From Callorhinchus milii (lineage: Eukaryota): a stretch of DNA of 64,000 nt. The stretch spans positions 12,092,001-12,156,000 of the forward strand of contig NW_024704742.1 of the NCBI RefSeq assembly GCF_018977255.1, given 5' to 3'. Below, piece by piece: positions 1 through 12,965 of this stretch (position 1 is its first letter; every line of letters begins with the position of its first letter). The translations under genes and the position numbers were made by a program. The notes beneath the pieces were generated by a model, which worked only from the letters and a program-made list of their open reading frames with translations, was not told the origin of the DNA and searched no databases.

Positions 1-668
1 CCGCTTCCTTCCACCTCCGACGCATCACCCGCCTCCGCCAATACCTCTCCCCAAAAGCCACTGAAACCCTGGTCCATGCCTTTGTCACCTCTCGGCTGGA
101 CTATTCAAACGCCCTCCTCGCCAGCCTCCCCTCCACTACCATTCATAAAATCCAGGTCATCCAAAACTCTGCCGCCCACATTCTCACCCGCACCAAACTC
201 TGCTCCCCGATTACCCCAGTCCTTGGAGGACTGCACTGGCTGCCCATCCCAGAGAGGATCGATTTCAAGATCCTCATCCTTGTATTCAAATCCCTCCACT
301 CCTCTGCACCCCCCGACATCTCTAACCTCCTCTCTCCTCACAACAGTGCCCGCTGCCTTCACTCCACCGGGTCTGGCCTCCTTCTTGTCCGCTGAATCCA
401 CTGTTCCACCATCGGCGGCGTGTCTTTAGCCACTATGCCCCGAGGATCAGGAACTTCCTTCCTCACTCCCTTCACCTCGCCCCCTTCTCTTCCTATTTTC
501 AGGTCTCTGCAGAAGACCTTTCTTTTCGACCGCGCCTTTTGTCACCTTCCTCCCCCTCCCCCTGGCTCGGCTCTGGGATCCATTAATGTGAAGCGCTCTG
601 ACACGCCGTCCGGCGTGGAGGGCACCACATAAATCCAAGTTATTGTTAAATCCAAGTTGTTGTTGTTG
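1..668 (+). mobile_element. L2-clade LINE, 3' fragment (C-terminal ORF2, 3' stem-loop, (TTG)n tail)
   Basis: Translates to [37 protein letters not shown]...QNSAAHILT...[23 protein letters not shown], typical L2 ORF2 C-terminus; CACGCCG-TC-CGGCGTG stem-loop then TTG repeats. Confidence 0.9.
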
Positions 669-1334
669 GTGTATAATCCATATTAGCTTCTAAGAGGAAA
701 TTAGATACATATTTGGAGAAATATGAAAGTGTGTGGAAAAGATGGGAGAACAAGGCGAAAGGGATGTCATTTTGAGAGAGAACCACAATAGACTGAATGA
801 CACCTCCTGTGCTGTAAATGTCATATCTTCCAGGAACGTGACTCCAGTGCACTTCACACTTTGCTGAACCCTCAATTTACACTGCATCTTTAGTGATGAA
901 TTGCTGCCAAAGCAGTGGCGTTTTGCCGCATTAAAACAGCATTACACTCTCGCTGTGCCCTGTTCACTCTCTGCTTTTCACAAAAACGTAACCTTGTTAG
1001 TTTGCAGTCTTTTATTTTAATTGCTTTAACTCACCAGGTCAAATTCCAATATTTAGAGGTGGCTGAGCAATGAGGTGTTGGTCAAAATTCTGTTCACATA
1101 CCTGACCTGCCATTTGCATAAGAACTAACAGCACAAATCAGGAAGGTATTTGAGAGTAAGTATGACTAAGAAAATTACAACTGGGGAATCAGCATGTTTC
1201 CTTTCCACATGATTCTCCCCTTTTGCACAACCACGTTGGGTTGCTCATAACTTTTTTTTGCTGCTACAAAGAAACAGCTATGCAGACTGAATTAACCTAT
1301 AGGCTTACAAGAAAAATAAAATACACAAGACTTA

Positions 1335-1705
1335 TTCTGCCTCCACCCTCCTGAACTCCCTCCACTCCCTTCCACCGCCCACACATTTAAAGCCTGTCTT
1401 AAGACTCATCTTTTTCGATCATGCTTTCGGTCATCTGTCTCTCCCACGCCCGATTCAGATGGCCAGTCAACCGTGAAAAGCACTTTGAGACATCTTTCCA
1501 ACGTTAAAACTCCCTCCCTTACCTCTTCAAGACGCATCTCAAAACTCTTCTCTTCGACTGAGCTTACAGCCACCCTCCTAGCCTCCCTGTCCTTCACTCC
1601 CCCCGATCCCGACCCCCAGCTCGGGTCTAAATCCCTGACTGTCCAGTACCTTGGGACGTCCTCCTGACGTGAATGGCGCTATTCAAATGTAATTTTGTAT
1701 TGTAT
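1335..1705 (+). mobile_element. Two adjacent decayed L2 3' ends
   Basis: TTTAAAGCCTGTCTTAAGACTCATCTTTTTCGATCATGC and CTTGGGACGTCCTCCTGACGTGAATGGCGCTAT match other L2 3' ends in the window. Confidence 0.75.
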
Positions 1706-2664
1706 TATATGTAAATTGTAGTTTCCATGATGGGCCTAGCAGAAATATAAACACATTGGCCTGCATTGAACAGAAATCTAAACTGGGTTATCAATAATAC
1801 AATATTTCCTCTTATTTCAGACTTTCAGGATTCCATTTTACTTTCTTCTCTCTGCAGCAAATAATCAATGAAGTGCAGTCAGAAATGATCAAGTGTTTTA
1901 CACTACAATCTGTTTATAATGATCTTCCCCCTCTCTTAATGAGATTGAGAATAATAAATCCTACTGATCTGGAAGTGCAGCTTGCGCATAAAGTGATCAT
2001 GATTCCAGCTGCAGCAATGCAACCAAGAACAGCTTGAAATGAAAGCCTTGTGATTATTCAGTGCACAGACACATCCCCTCAATCTCTGCCCAAATTGTAC
2101 TGTCACACACAATCCTAAATTTGGGTGCATCATTTGAGCAGTGGGTGCTTGGGATTATTATCTTGTTTGCATGAAAAATGCATCTCTGCCTTTCTTCTGT
2201 TGAAGTTCGATCAATATTGTAAATTGCTCCTGTGTATCTCCCTGGAATATCTGGTGTGATGTGAATGATTACTGCAAATGGTGTCTCAAGTACTCACTCC
2301 CACTTATCAAGGCTCATTGTCTACCCTTAGTTGACTCCACCCAACACACCTATACTTCTGATCTGGCTTGTTTTAATATTGGCTCACTTGAAAAAAAAGT
2401 GATGGTTGAATACGTTAAAATGGGTAACGCACTGAAGTGAAAAAAAATCAAATCAAATCGATCTGAGCAATTTTCTTTATCAAGTAGTGCAATCAAATAC
2501 CCTATTTCACCTACACCTAACCATTGAGAGCCTGAATTACTGAGGCGCAAGTGACATATGATGTAATTTTCAAGGGTGGTAAACACTACGGGGTTTATAT
2601 TGAACCATGAAATAAATAATACTAATCTTTGCATTTGACACAGTCAGGAGGGCATCAGGAGGGA

Positions 2665-3075
2665 GGCTCAAAGTGCTTCACAAGATTTAGTCTAAGGTAT
2701 ATTTCATAGCCTAACACAACAGGCAATTTATGCACACAATTTTACACAACCAACCAAGTGAATAACCAATTTTATCTGGGGGATTGTTGATCAGGACATT
2801 TTTCGAAAAAGTGCCATGAGGTTTTTAGCTTCCATCTGAACAGAACCTGGGTTTAACATCTCATCCCACAGGCCCCCTCCATTGCATCCTTCAAGATCCA
2901 TCTCAAGACCCTCCTCTTCAATCATGGCTTTGATCACCTTCTTAACCTCTACCCACCCCACGCTCTAGTACGGATCGCTAACTGTCCAGCACCTTGGGAC
3001 GTTCTCCTGACATGAAAGGCTCAATACAAATGTAATTAGTTGTTGTTGGAGGCGAGTGTCCTACCAATGCAAACT
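2665..3075. mobile_element. Decayed Deu-domain SINE (-) interrupted by an L2 3' end (+, ~2872-3047)
   Basis: GTGCCATGAGGTTTTTAGCTTCCATCTGAACAG is the reverse of the Deu core; insert has CTTGGGACGTTCTCCTGACATGAAAGGC and TTG tail. Confidence 0.6.
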
Positions 3076-3489
3076 GGCTTACACCTAAATAAACTAAATA
3101 AAAAGAGGAGTTGGCATTGGACTCCTGGGCATCAGCACATGAAACAGAAAGATTAATGTTTCAGAATGTGACCTCACGTCTGTGACCAACTACACTCAAA
3201 GAAATGACTAATTAATCAATACCAGTTTCTAAAAATGCTGGCTAGAGGCAGCACTAAAGGTCATCTGTGGATGATATATATATGCAAGCATTTGACAGTC
3301 ATGCCAACGCCAATTCCATTCAGGCACTGACCATGATACAAATGTACCTTGGGTTGACTGCAGTTGAACTCTGGAATATCTGCCCTGTGGCACCATCAAC
3401 AAGGACACAATGTGTCTATCTCAGGGCTCATCAAAGAAGATAATGGTCTGTGTATAAGTAGGCAAACACAACAGCTCATTTTTATGTTA

Positions 3490-3863
3490 TAATAATAATA
3501 ATAATCCTTGCATTTGATATAGCGCTTTTCACGTCAGGAGGACGTCCCAAAGCGCTTCACAGAACACACTGTAAAGTGAATTGACTGTATATTTGTGGGT
3601 GAAAAGCAGAAGCTAATTGCGTACTGCAGGGTCCCACAAATAGTTGTGGAATGAAGTGACCAATTCATTATTTTTTTAAAAGGAATTAATACCCCGGAAA
3701 TGCGATCCGCCAATCGACTAATAACCGAGTTCCTACTTACTGCTAGGTAAACAGAGGCGTGTGGAGTAAGGAAACTTGCCCAACATTTCGTCCAGCCGGG
3801 AATTGAATACAGATCTCTCACTTACAAGGCGAGTGCTCTAACTACTGAGCTACAGGACTCCAC
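3490..3863 (-). mobile_element. tRNA-Ala-headed SINE, long form
   Basis: Reverse complement of GTGGAGTCCTGTAGCTCAGT head, TTTACCTAGCAGTAAGTAGGAAC middle and ATCAAATGCAAGGA(TTA)n tail. Confidence 0.9.
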
Positions 3864-3869
3864 GTTGAT

Positions 3870-4075
3870 ATTAGAAAGGAGAGGTCAGTGGTTACAGCCC
3901 TGAAGAATGCCACAGGTGATGGTGCGAGAATGGGAGGAGAACCATTCAAGGAGACAAAGTGGAACTGATGGGATAGGTAAGAGTGAATCCAGGAGAGGAC
4001 AGAGCCACAAAGCTGGAGCTGAGAGGAAAGGTGGTAGAGAAGGATTCTATGATCAATGGAGGCCAACGGCAGAAA
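3870..4075 (-). mobile_element. L2 RT-domain fragment
   Basis: ORF 3842..4081 has IDHRILLYHLSSQLQLCGSVLSWIHSYLS, an L2 RT motif region. Confidence 0.7.
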
Positions 4076-4306
4076 AATCAAGGAACTAAAAGTGCACGAC
4101 TGAAACTTGAGTTAAATAAAGGTTATGTATATGGATTAACAACAACAACAACTTGCATTTGTATAATGGTTTATTAAGCAGTTTACTCAGTGGCCTGGAA
4201 GAATTCATAACAATGCCATTGCTTTTAAAACTAAACCATGGTCTGGCTGTTTCCTCTGGTTTTGAAAGAGATAAAGAGGCAGCTTTGAAAGTGCAGCTGA
4301 GTTATT

Positions 4307-4684
4307 GTGGAGTCCTGTAGCTCAATGGTTAGAGCACTTGTCCCACAAATGAGAGACCTGGATTCAATTTCCGGCTGGGCAAAATATTGGGCAAGTTTCC
4401 TTGCTCCGCACGCCTCTATTTACCTAGCAATAGGTAGGAAACCCGTTGTTAGTCGATTGGCAGTTTACTTTTCCGAGATAATAATGCCTTCAAAATAATA
4501 TATATTAATAATAAATTGGTCAATTCAGTCCATGACTGTTTGTGGGGCACTGATCTGTGCAATTGGCTGCTGCATTTCACCCATAAATATACAGTCAATT
4601 CATTTTACAGTATATTCTGTGAAGCGCTTTGGGACATCTCGAAGATGTGATGAGGCGCTATATCAAATGCAAGGATTATTATTT
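4307..4684 (+). mobile_element. tRNA-Ala-headed SINE, long form
   Basis: Full head, middle and tail architecture shared with other copies. Confidence 0.9.
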
Positions 4685-5314
4685 ATTTTAACAACCAGCA
4701 TTTTGCAAAATGAATAAATCATTTGCCATCGGACACAAATATTTGCAGTCAAATTGATTTTCCAATGACTGAATCTTTTTTTTGATTGCTCTTAATATTG
4801 GGCAGTAATTGAAAAAATCTTAACGTTATTGAGCTGGTACATTGCTGGGAGCACATCAAATTAGCCAGCATTTTTCCAAACAAAATGCAGTAGTACATAA
4901 ATCCAAATTATGGAGATAGCACGCAAGCTGGTACGTGATTGTGGGCAGGTGGACTGGTTGGCACAAATTAGGTTTGGAGATGATTCTGGGGATAGGGGGC
5001 ATCGTGTTTTTTCTAACTTAACTGTGTTCCATTTCTGAATTCTCACTGAAGGTCAAAATAAACTCTCTATCAATTGAACAGAAGTTGGGCTTAAAATCTG
5101 TTTTAAAATTTGTCCTGAGTGAAAGGTTTGGGACTCAACACCGTCATCCTAACAAGCAAGCACTGATTTTTTCCACAGGCTTTTCATTGTCGAAACAGCA
5201 CCCAATGTTTGGAGGGGAGCTTAGGAAAGAACCGATGGAATTAATTCCTGACACCAACCTTTTAATTTTGTATGAAAAAAAATTATTCTGTATCTTCCCT
5301 AAATTGATGTCTGC

Positions 5315-6390
5315 CTGGCTAAATTGGTAGCATTCTCGCCTCGGAGTCAGAAGGTTGTTGGTTCAAGCCCCACGTCAGGACTTTTAACTCATAGTCTAGG
5401 CTGACACTCCATTGCTGGATTGTTGGAGGCACCATTCTTTGGATGAGATGTTAATCCAAAGCCAAGTCTGCCCTGTTACATCGAATATCGACTATGAAAC
5501 TCATTGCTTGTCGGCCTCCCCAACTTCTCCCTCCATCCAGAACTCTGTAGCCCATGTCCTCTTCCACTCCAGGCTCCGTGACCCTATCACCCCCATTCTT
5601 GCCTAACTCCACTGGCTTCCCATCACACAGAGGATACAGTTCAAGATCCTGGTCCTCACCTTCAAAGCCCTCCATGGTCTTGCTCCCCACTATCTCTCCG
5701 ACCTCCTAACACCCTACCATCCTGTTTGCTCCCTCCGCTCAGCGGACTCTGGCCTCCCTCGCCACTTTCAAGACCCACCTCAAGATCCTCCTCTTTGACT
5801 GTGTTTTCAATCTCCCTGCTTCCCCCCCTGCATGCGCCCCCCACCCCGACCCTCAGCTCGGGTCCATAACTCAGTTGGTCCAGCGCCTTGGGACATCCTC
5901 CTGACGTGAAAGGTGCTATATAAATGTAATTTTGTTGTTGTTGTTGTTGCCACCTGCTCAGGTGAACATTGAAGATCCGATGGCATTGTTCGAAAAGAGA
6001 AGGGAGCTTCTCCTGTTGTCCTGGCCAACAATCCTCCAATCCCCCTCACCATGGCTGTTTGTGGTTCATTCTATTTTGCAAATTTGGCTGCCACATTCGC
6101 CACAAAATACAGTCACTTCACTTTACAATATATCCTGTGAAGCACTTTGGGGCATCCTCCCAACATGAAAGGAGCTATTCCAATTGTAAGGATTATTACG
6201 ATATTTACCTGAGGCCCCCATCTGCCTGTTCAGGTGGATGTTATAAAGATCCCATGGCACTAGTTGGAAAAAGAAAGGAGTTTCTCCTGTGTCCTGGTAA
6301 ACAATCCCTCAGATAAAATTCGTCATTTGCTTGACAGCTCTTTGTGAGACATTGCTGTTTGCAAATTGGCTGCCATGTTCGCCTACAAAA
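5315..6390 (+). mobile_element. Deu-domain tRNA SINE split by an L2 3' fragment (~5505-5950), followed by a second Deu fragment (~6208-6390)
   Basis: Head TGGTAGCATTCTCGCCTCGGAGTCAGAAGGTTG; Deu core resumes after the TTG tail as CCTGCTCAGGTGAACATTGAAGATCCGATGGCA; insert translates IQNSVAHVL...HWLPITQRIQFKILVLTFKALHG. Confidence 0.8.
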
Positions 6391-7044
6391 TCTGCTTATG
6401 AGATTTGAGGAGCTGTGATTTTGGTGTTTGTTGCTAAGCAGACAGGTGAACACAATAATTAACCAAATGTCAGTCCTTTTTTTAAAAAAAAGCCTCAAGG
6501 ATACTTCAGATGCCTGCAAAGTAGAGAAATATGTGTTGGTCAGATCAATTGAGAACATAATGTTAACATTCAGTGTGAGAGTTTGTGTTATATAAAGGGA
6601 AGGAGATATGTTTTAATCAGCGCAGTGGGTATTTGTTCTTTCACACTCTGGAGCCACCTCTTTCTGCATCATGCTGATCAGGTGATGTGATGGGAAAGAA
6701 TTATCAGAGTCAGTTTGAGTAGGTGGTTGTAAGTATTTTGCTTTGGTCTTGTGCAGAGCTACCAAATTGGCCTGTGTGTTCCAACAATTCTGATCATGGA
6801 GGGAAATGGATCATTTATCTTCAAAAAAGGACTTCCATTGGGGAATTCAGGTTGCCTGTATCTTGACACCAAATACCATTTTTCTTATTTAATTGAATGA
6901 AGGTACTACAATTGCTGATTTATCATCATCTTTCATGGGGCTTGGCAATGACTCCTTTATCTGGACAAGAAAAAATGTGGTTTTCTGCATTTTCAAACCT
7001 GTCAAGTCCGAATTTTCCTTCATTTCACGCAAAGCACAAATGGT

Positions 7045-7250
7045 CAACAACAATAAATTACAATTGTATTGCTCCTTTCACGTCCGGAGGATGTCCCAAG
7101 GCGCTGGATGGTCAGGGATCCACACCTGAGCTGGTGGATGGGATCAGATGATAATGTTCCACTGTGCCCTGTTGCAACCACACCACCACTTGAGGATTCA
7201 TAGAATATTATAGCATAGAAGGAGGCCATTCAGTCCATCATGCCTGTGCC
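7045..7250 (-). mobile_element. L2 tail (~7045-7130) and CR1 3' terminus (~7198-7250)
   Basis: CCTTTCACGTCCGGAGGATGTCCCAAGGCGCTGG; CATAGAAT...GAAGGAGGCCATTCAGTCCATCATGCCTGTGCC is the reverse of the CR1 3' end. Confidence 0.7.
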
Positions 7251-7369
7251 AATACCTGAACACATAATCTATGTAGAAAGGGTAGATAGGAATGACTCTT
7301 ACATTCAACAAGGTGAGTGTTATTCATTAATGAATGAAGAATGAAGTTTTTCACATGTTTGTTGGATAC

Positions 7370-9645
7370 CCACATTTTGCCCACAAATATACAGTCAATT
7401 CACTTTACAGTCTACTCTTCGAATAGCTTTGAGACGTCTAGAAGATGTGAAAAGCGCTATATCAAATGCAAGGATTATTATCTATTATATTATTATACTC
7501 TTTAAGAATAAATAACCAATTAACTGGGAACCAATGAAAGGGATCAGGAGTTATAAAGCAAGATGTAGGGGGAACTGACTGATTGGGTTTTGGTTGTATT
7601 GCGTTTTGAGAGTTGAGAATTAAATAGTGATTTCTACATTTGACTTATGAGAACACAACAATGTTAGCAATCCATGTCAGCGTAAAGCTGTTCCAATTAT
7701 CAGGCATAGCAAGCTAAAATGATCTCTCCTGACTGTACTTTGGGGGTCTGATGTGAATGAGTTTGGAAAGTCTTCATCCATTTCCCTGTGTGTGGCATAA
7801 TACTAAATCGCAGAATTTAAGCAATGTTACCTCAACACTATTCATTCCCATACACAAGGTGTGTTTGACTGTATTCTCAGAAGTGTCTTCTAATGCCAGA
7901 ATTCACTATACCCTTCCTTCACCGTTGCAATCCGCTTCAACTTATCCAACATCATCCTTGATGCGAAAACTACACTTAGGCAGGATGAATGTAATCATTC
8001 TGGGCTTCTCTGATATCAATACAAGAAAAATGTTGCTGTGAAAAATGTTCTCTGTCCCTTTAAATAGGCTCCATCTCTGATTCTGGTTGTGGGTGGGGGG
8101 GGGGAGTGAGAGCAATGATTGACAGGACAGCTTCGGGATGTGACTGTGTCTGGTATGATTGACAGCTTGGGGAGTGAGAAGAGGACAACAAGTGCTGCCC
8201 CCTGATGTACACAAATGTACAGTTTGTGTGAAACTGAAAAATCAGCCGTTGAGTTGGGGAGGAGGCATGAACGGGCTTCTGTGCCCCCAAAGATTTCATA
8301 GAAATTTAGGGTGGCATTAGCCTTCCTCCCCCCGGGTTCTGTTGCCACAGATTTAACCCTTCTGCTAACCTGGATTCAATTGATGGATCACTTTTCCAGG
8401 GGTAATAATTCCTTCAAAAAAAATTTATAATAATAATTTGGTCACTCAATCCATGACTGTTTGTGGGACACTGCTGTGTATAATTGGCTGCCACGTTTTG
8501 CCCACAAAATATACAGTCAATTCACTTTATAGTATATTCTGTGAAGCGTTTTGAGACGTCTCAAAGACGTGATAAGGTGCTATATCAAATGCAAGAATTA
8601 TTATATTATTATTTGATAGCTTTGAAACGAAGAAACGCTGCTTGGTGTCTTCAAATTTCCTATGAGTCGAATAATATTACAAGGTCCTGCAAATTGAAAT
8701 TGCAGCTTTATAAACTCCACAGGAGAAATTTGGAGAATAATTAGAACCTGCAATAATTTCTTATAGCCTGATTCTTTTTCCTTAAAATTGGTCTACTACT
8801 GCTTAAGTAGTGTTTTTAGTTATTAATCGTCCTGTGTGCCATGACATATTGTTCTGAATCCATTCAGAATAAGCATAATAATTTACATCCAGCGCCACAT
8901 TTTTGTTCAAGAATAATATTTTAACATTAAGAACCTTGTTCGTTACTTTACTTTAACGAAGTAGTCCAGTTCCTGAATACATTGATTGCGGAACACGTAG
9001 TACAGTGAATGTGCTGTGGTGGATATAGTAATAATCCTTACATTTGATACAGCACCTCATCACGTCATTGAGACATCTCAAAGCGCTTCACAGAATATAC
9101 TATCAAGTGTAGTGACTGAGTCTTTTGTGGGTGAAACATAGCAGCCAGCTGCGCGCAGCATGTGTCCCACAAATAGTCATGAATTGACTGACCACATTTT
9201 TTTTGTGTGGATGGATTATTACCCCCAGAAAGCGATCCACCAATCGACTAACAAGCGGGTTCCTACTTACTGCGAGGTAAACAGAGACGTGTGTTTGGTG
9301 GAGTAAGGAAACTTGCCTAAGGTTGGGTCCTCTCGCTGGCAAGTTGAGTGCACTAACCACTTCGCTACAGGACTCCAAAAAAAAACACACTCACAGACAC
9401 ACAGACTCACTATGCATTATGGATGCAATAGATATGTTTATTTGACCTAATGACACTCTAGAGTATCGTACTGGTTAGAATGGAGAGCATAGTTTCTGAT
9501 AGAACAAGTAATAATAATACTTGCATCTGACATAGCGCTTTCAGAAGTCTCAAAGCACTACATAGAATATACTGTAAAGTAAATTGACTGTATATTTGTG
9601 GCAAAATGCGGCAGCCAATTGCGCACAGCAGTGTCCCACAAACAT
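7370..9645. mobile_element. Cluster of tRNA-Ala SINE copies and fragments: ~7370-7495(+), ~8375-8612(+), ~9028-9377(-), ~9510-9645(-)
   Basis: CCCACAAATATACAGTCAATTCACTTTACAG and ATCAAATGCAAG(G/A)ATTATT motifs recur; intervening DNA is unique. Confidence 0.8.
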
Positions 9646-10026
9646 AAACAAAAAGTAACCCGCATTGGTACAGACTGAGTTGAAGTGAGGAAGGTCAGGA
9701 AGTTTATTTATCCCTAATACCCTTGGAACACCAACTTTGACAAAAATAAACATGTCTTTTCTGAATTTGTTCCAAAATAAACTGACTTTTTTAGCTTCAA
9801 CGGAGAATGTAAAATCTGTTGAATTTGAGTTCTGTTCGTTGCTATTTCTAGAACATAAGCTTTCACATGGTTATTGAAAATTATTTATGATCTTATTGTG
9901 CTGTTACTCGAGCAGTTAAAATCATGCAGGTGATTTTTAGCTTATTATCGGATTATTAAGTTATAAATGCTAAAGGTTCTTTGGCAGATGAATCTTTCAG
10001 TCATTCAGAGCTCTGAAGTCTTTCAC

Positions 10027-10400
10027 GTGGAGTCCTGTAACTTAGTGGTTAGAGCACTCGTCTCGCAAGTGAGAACATCTGGGCACGATTCCAGGGCAGG
10101 GTGAAACAATGGGCAAGTTTCCTTACTCCACACCCCTCTGTTTACCTAGCAGTAAGTAGGAACCCGGTTGTTAGTTGATTAGCAAATTGTTTCCAGTGGT
10201 AATAATCCATTCAATTTTTTTTTAAATATAATAATCACTCAATCCAAGACTGTTTGTGGGACACTGCTGTGCACAATTGACTGCTGCATTTTGTCCACAA
10301 ATATACAGTTAATTCACTTTACAGTATATTCTGTGAAGCGCTTTGAGAAGTCTCGAAGACGTGATAAGGTGCTATATCAAATGCAAGGATTATTATTATT
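10027..10400 (+). mobile_element. tRNA-Ala-headed SINE, long form
   Basis: Complete head, middle and tail. Confidence 0.9.
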
Positions 10401-10729
10401 GTTCTTTTTTGAAAGGCAGAATCCAGGACTAAATCATTTAGACAGACAAACGTGTTTATGTAATTACTGTTCCAATGCTTTTTGTGGGACATGCCTGTGC
10501 ACAACTGGGCTGCTGCATTTGCCTAAAAATACAATCACTCCACTTCACAGTAAAATGCTGAGAAGTGCTTTGGGAAATCCTCTTTAAATACCATATTAAA
10601 TACTATACCAAATATTACTGTAACAGTGGAGCTACCATTTTAATGCAGTGTTTGGGATCCATAAAATCCAAACACATTCTATAATAATAATAATTCTTGC
10701 CTCTCCTTTCATGTCTAGACTTCGCAAGA

Positions 10730-11220
10730 TCACAAGATTTGTTCGGATCAAGAAGGCCCCTTTCTCCCATTTGATATCATCCTTCCGGAACACCCACCAT
10801 ACTGTCCCTGCAATACAGCATCAAGTGGCGTTTTAAAAAAAAGTCCAATTTCCTGGCCTCAACCATCCTTCCTGGCAACCTGTTACCTCTTTAAATAAAG
10901 AAAGCCTTCCTGGTATCTTTCCTTAAAAAATGTATTCACCTCTACAATATCCTCTTCAAGATGTCTTCTCAAGGCTGAAGCTCCCCATCCCCAGCTTGTG
11001 TAATCATTGCTCATAGCTCAAATCCTCTAACGCTGGAGATTATCCTAATTGCTCTCTTCTGCCCTGCCTATAAGACCTCGGCAGTCCCTTATGTCGCTAT
11101 GACCAGAAGTGTATGCAGTATTCTAGGTACGACCTGACCAGAGCACTCTATGATGGCTGGGGATCTATACTCAACCTATTTAGCAATATAGGCATCCTGT
11201 TTGCCTTGTCTATGGTTGCC
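10730..11220 (-). mobile_element. Old, decayed CR1 3' fragment
   Basis: Minus strand reads ALVRSYLEYCIHFWS (CR1 [14 protein letters not shown] motif) near 11100-11150. Confidence 0.65.
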
Positions 11221-11784
11221 TCAAATTGTTTTGATAAGGTGAGCAATGTCAACTAATACTGCTATATCTCTTTCAGATCCCGCCTTGGAAAGTTCTTTCA
11301 CATCTACAGAATATATGTGTTTCCGATTCTTGCATTCTCCTGAGTGAATGAAACAATGGAGAGGAATAACAATAGACATTGTCCTCATAGCCTGCCTCTG
11401 GATCATGTTTTGTTTTTCTTCGAGATAATAAATAAGGGTGTACTATTAGTGAGAAATTAAAACTTTCCCCAGTCCAGATATAATTCTTCATTGATCATCA
11501 GACCTTGGTCTCAAGATTGCTTATATTGTTTTTGAATCTAGGTTTGGTTTCTTCCCTGTCTGGCTCATTGAGCCTGGAAAACAAATAGTAAACAAACTGA
11601 ATCAGTTAGCAGTCGACCGACCCAACAAACTTTAAAATGACATGTAAATAGAAGTGTGCCGTTTTTTTAAAATAGTAACAAAGAATGTTGCCAATGTAGT
11701 CAATGAGACGTGAAATAACAGGTCCATGGATTGGGAGAGGAATAGGATCTCTCGAACACAAACATACAAACATGGGGCACTTAA

Positions 11785-11933
11785 GATAATTATTTTGGAA
11801 GGACAAGTTTGCAGGGCTATGGGGAGAGAGTAGGGGAGTGAGATTGATTTGGATGCTTCTTTTCAAAGAGCCGGCACAGACACGATGGGGCAAATGGCCT
11901 CGTTCTGTGCTGCATTATTCTATGATTCTATGA
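11785..11933 (+). mobile_element. CR1 3' terminus
   Basis: CAAAGAGCCGGCACAGACACGATGGGGCAAATGGCCTC followed by (ATTCTATG)2 octamer tail. Confidence 0.85.
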
Positions 11934-12087
11934 TATACACATATACACACTGCATACTGGTTGGATCTGATTGGTTTATTTTTGATAGGGGAGAGTACAG
12001 ATTGAACCACTCCTGAAAAATAAATGATTAAACCTAAATAGTTTTCAATACAAAAACTGTTAGCTGAGTCCTGAGTTAGTGGAGTTA

Positions 12088-12410
12088 GTGGAGTCCTGTA
12101 GCTCAGTGGTTAGAGCACTCGCTTTGCAAGTGAGAGACCTGAGTTCAATTCCAGGCAGGGCGAAACCTTGGGCAAGTTTCCTTACTCCACACGCCTAATA
12201 ATAATCCCTCCAAAAACCAAAAACAATAATTAAATTGGTCATTTTCAATCTACGACTGTTTGTGGGACATTGCTGTGCGCAATTGGCTGCCGCGTTCGCC
12301 CACAAATATACAGTCAATTCACTTTACAGTGTGTTCTGTGAAGCGCTTTGGGACGTCCTCCCGACGTGAAAAGCGCTATATCAAATCCAAGGATTATTAT
12401 TATCATTATT
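12088..12410 (+). mobile_element. tRNA-Ala-headed SINE, short (young) form
   Basis: Nearly identical to copies at 20071, 24029, 29850, 41746; lacks the TTTACCTAGCAGTAAGTAGGAACCCGG middle. Confidence 0.92.
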
Positions 12411-12607
12411 AAATGAAGCAAAATGGTGGACATCAGATTCTGGAAAGGGAACAAAAACGCTGACCAAAAAGAGTGCGCTGCCACCTAAAAGATAATTTAA
12501 TGCAAGCGAGTGTTGTTTGAAATGCTGGAAACTTTACCCCTTTACCTCTTTATTTAATGATAGAATGTGTTTTGGAATGCTGCAATAGTATTTGATCATT
12601 TAATACC

Positions 12608-12965
12608 AGCTTGTCTCAGTTGGTTGTACTCTCACTTCTGAGTCAGAAGCTTGTGGGTTTGAGCCCCATTGGACATCGGGACTTTGAGCTCAGTCTAAGG
12701 TGACACTCAGTGAGGGTGGAGGGTGTGTTTCATTGTTGGAGGTGCTGTCTTTCAGATGAGAGATTAACCTGAGGTCCCATTTGCCTGTTCACATGGATGG
12801 TAAAGATTCCTTGGCACTATTCGAAGATGAGGAAGTTTCCTATAATCCCCCAGATAAAATTGGTCATTTGCTTCCTGACTGATTGTGGGGCACTTCTGTT
12901 TACAAAGTAACTGCCCCATTCACCCCAAAACAGCCACTACTCTGTATGGCGTACTTTCAAATGTT
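12608..12965 (+). mobile_element. Deu-domain tRNA SINE (SacSINE1/AmnSINE1-like), near full length
   Basis: tRNA-like head, then GGTGCTGTCTTTCAGATGAGAGATTAACCTGAGGTCCC...AAAGATTCCTTGGCACTATTCGAAG Deu core. Confidence 0.8.

Noticed and set aside
1858..2037. 59-codon open frame after a strong acceptor (QIINEVQSEMIK...)
   Set aside because: No recognisable homology and no supporting neighbouring exons
12090..12165. tRNA-Ala(TGC) gene (and similar cloverleaves at each SINE head)
   Set aside because: Always fused to the SINE body and (TTA)n tail, with a mismatched T-stem; these are SINE heads, not tRNA genes
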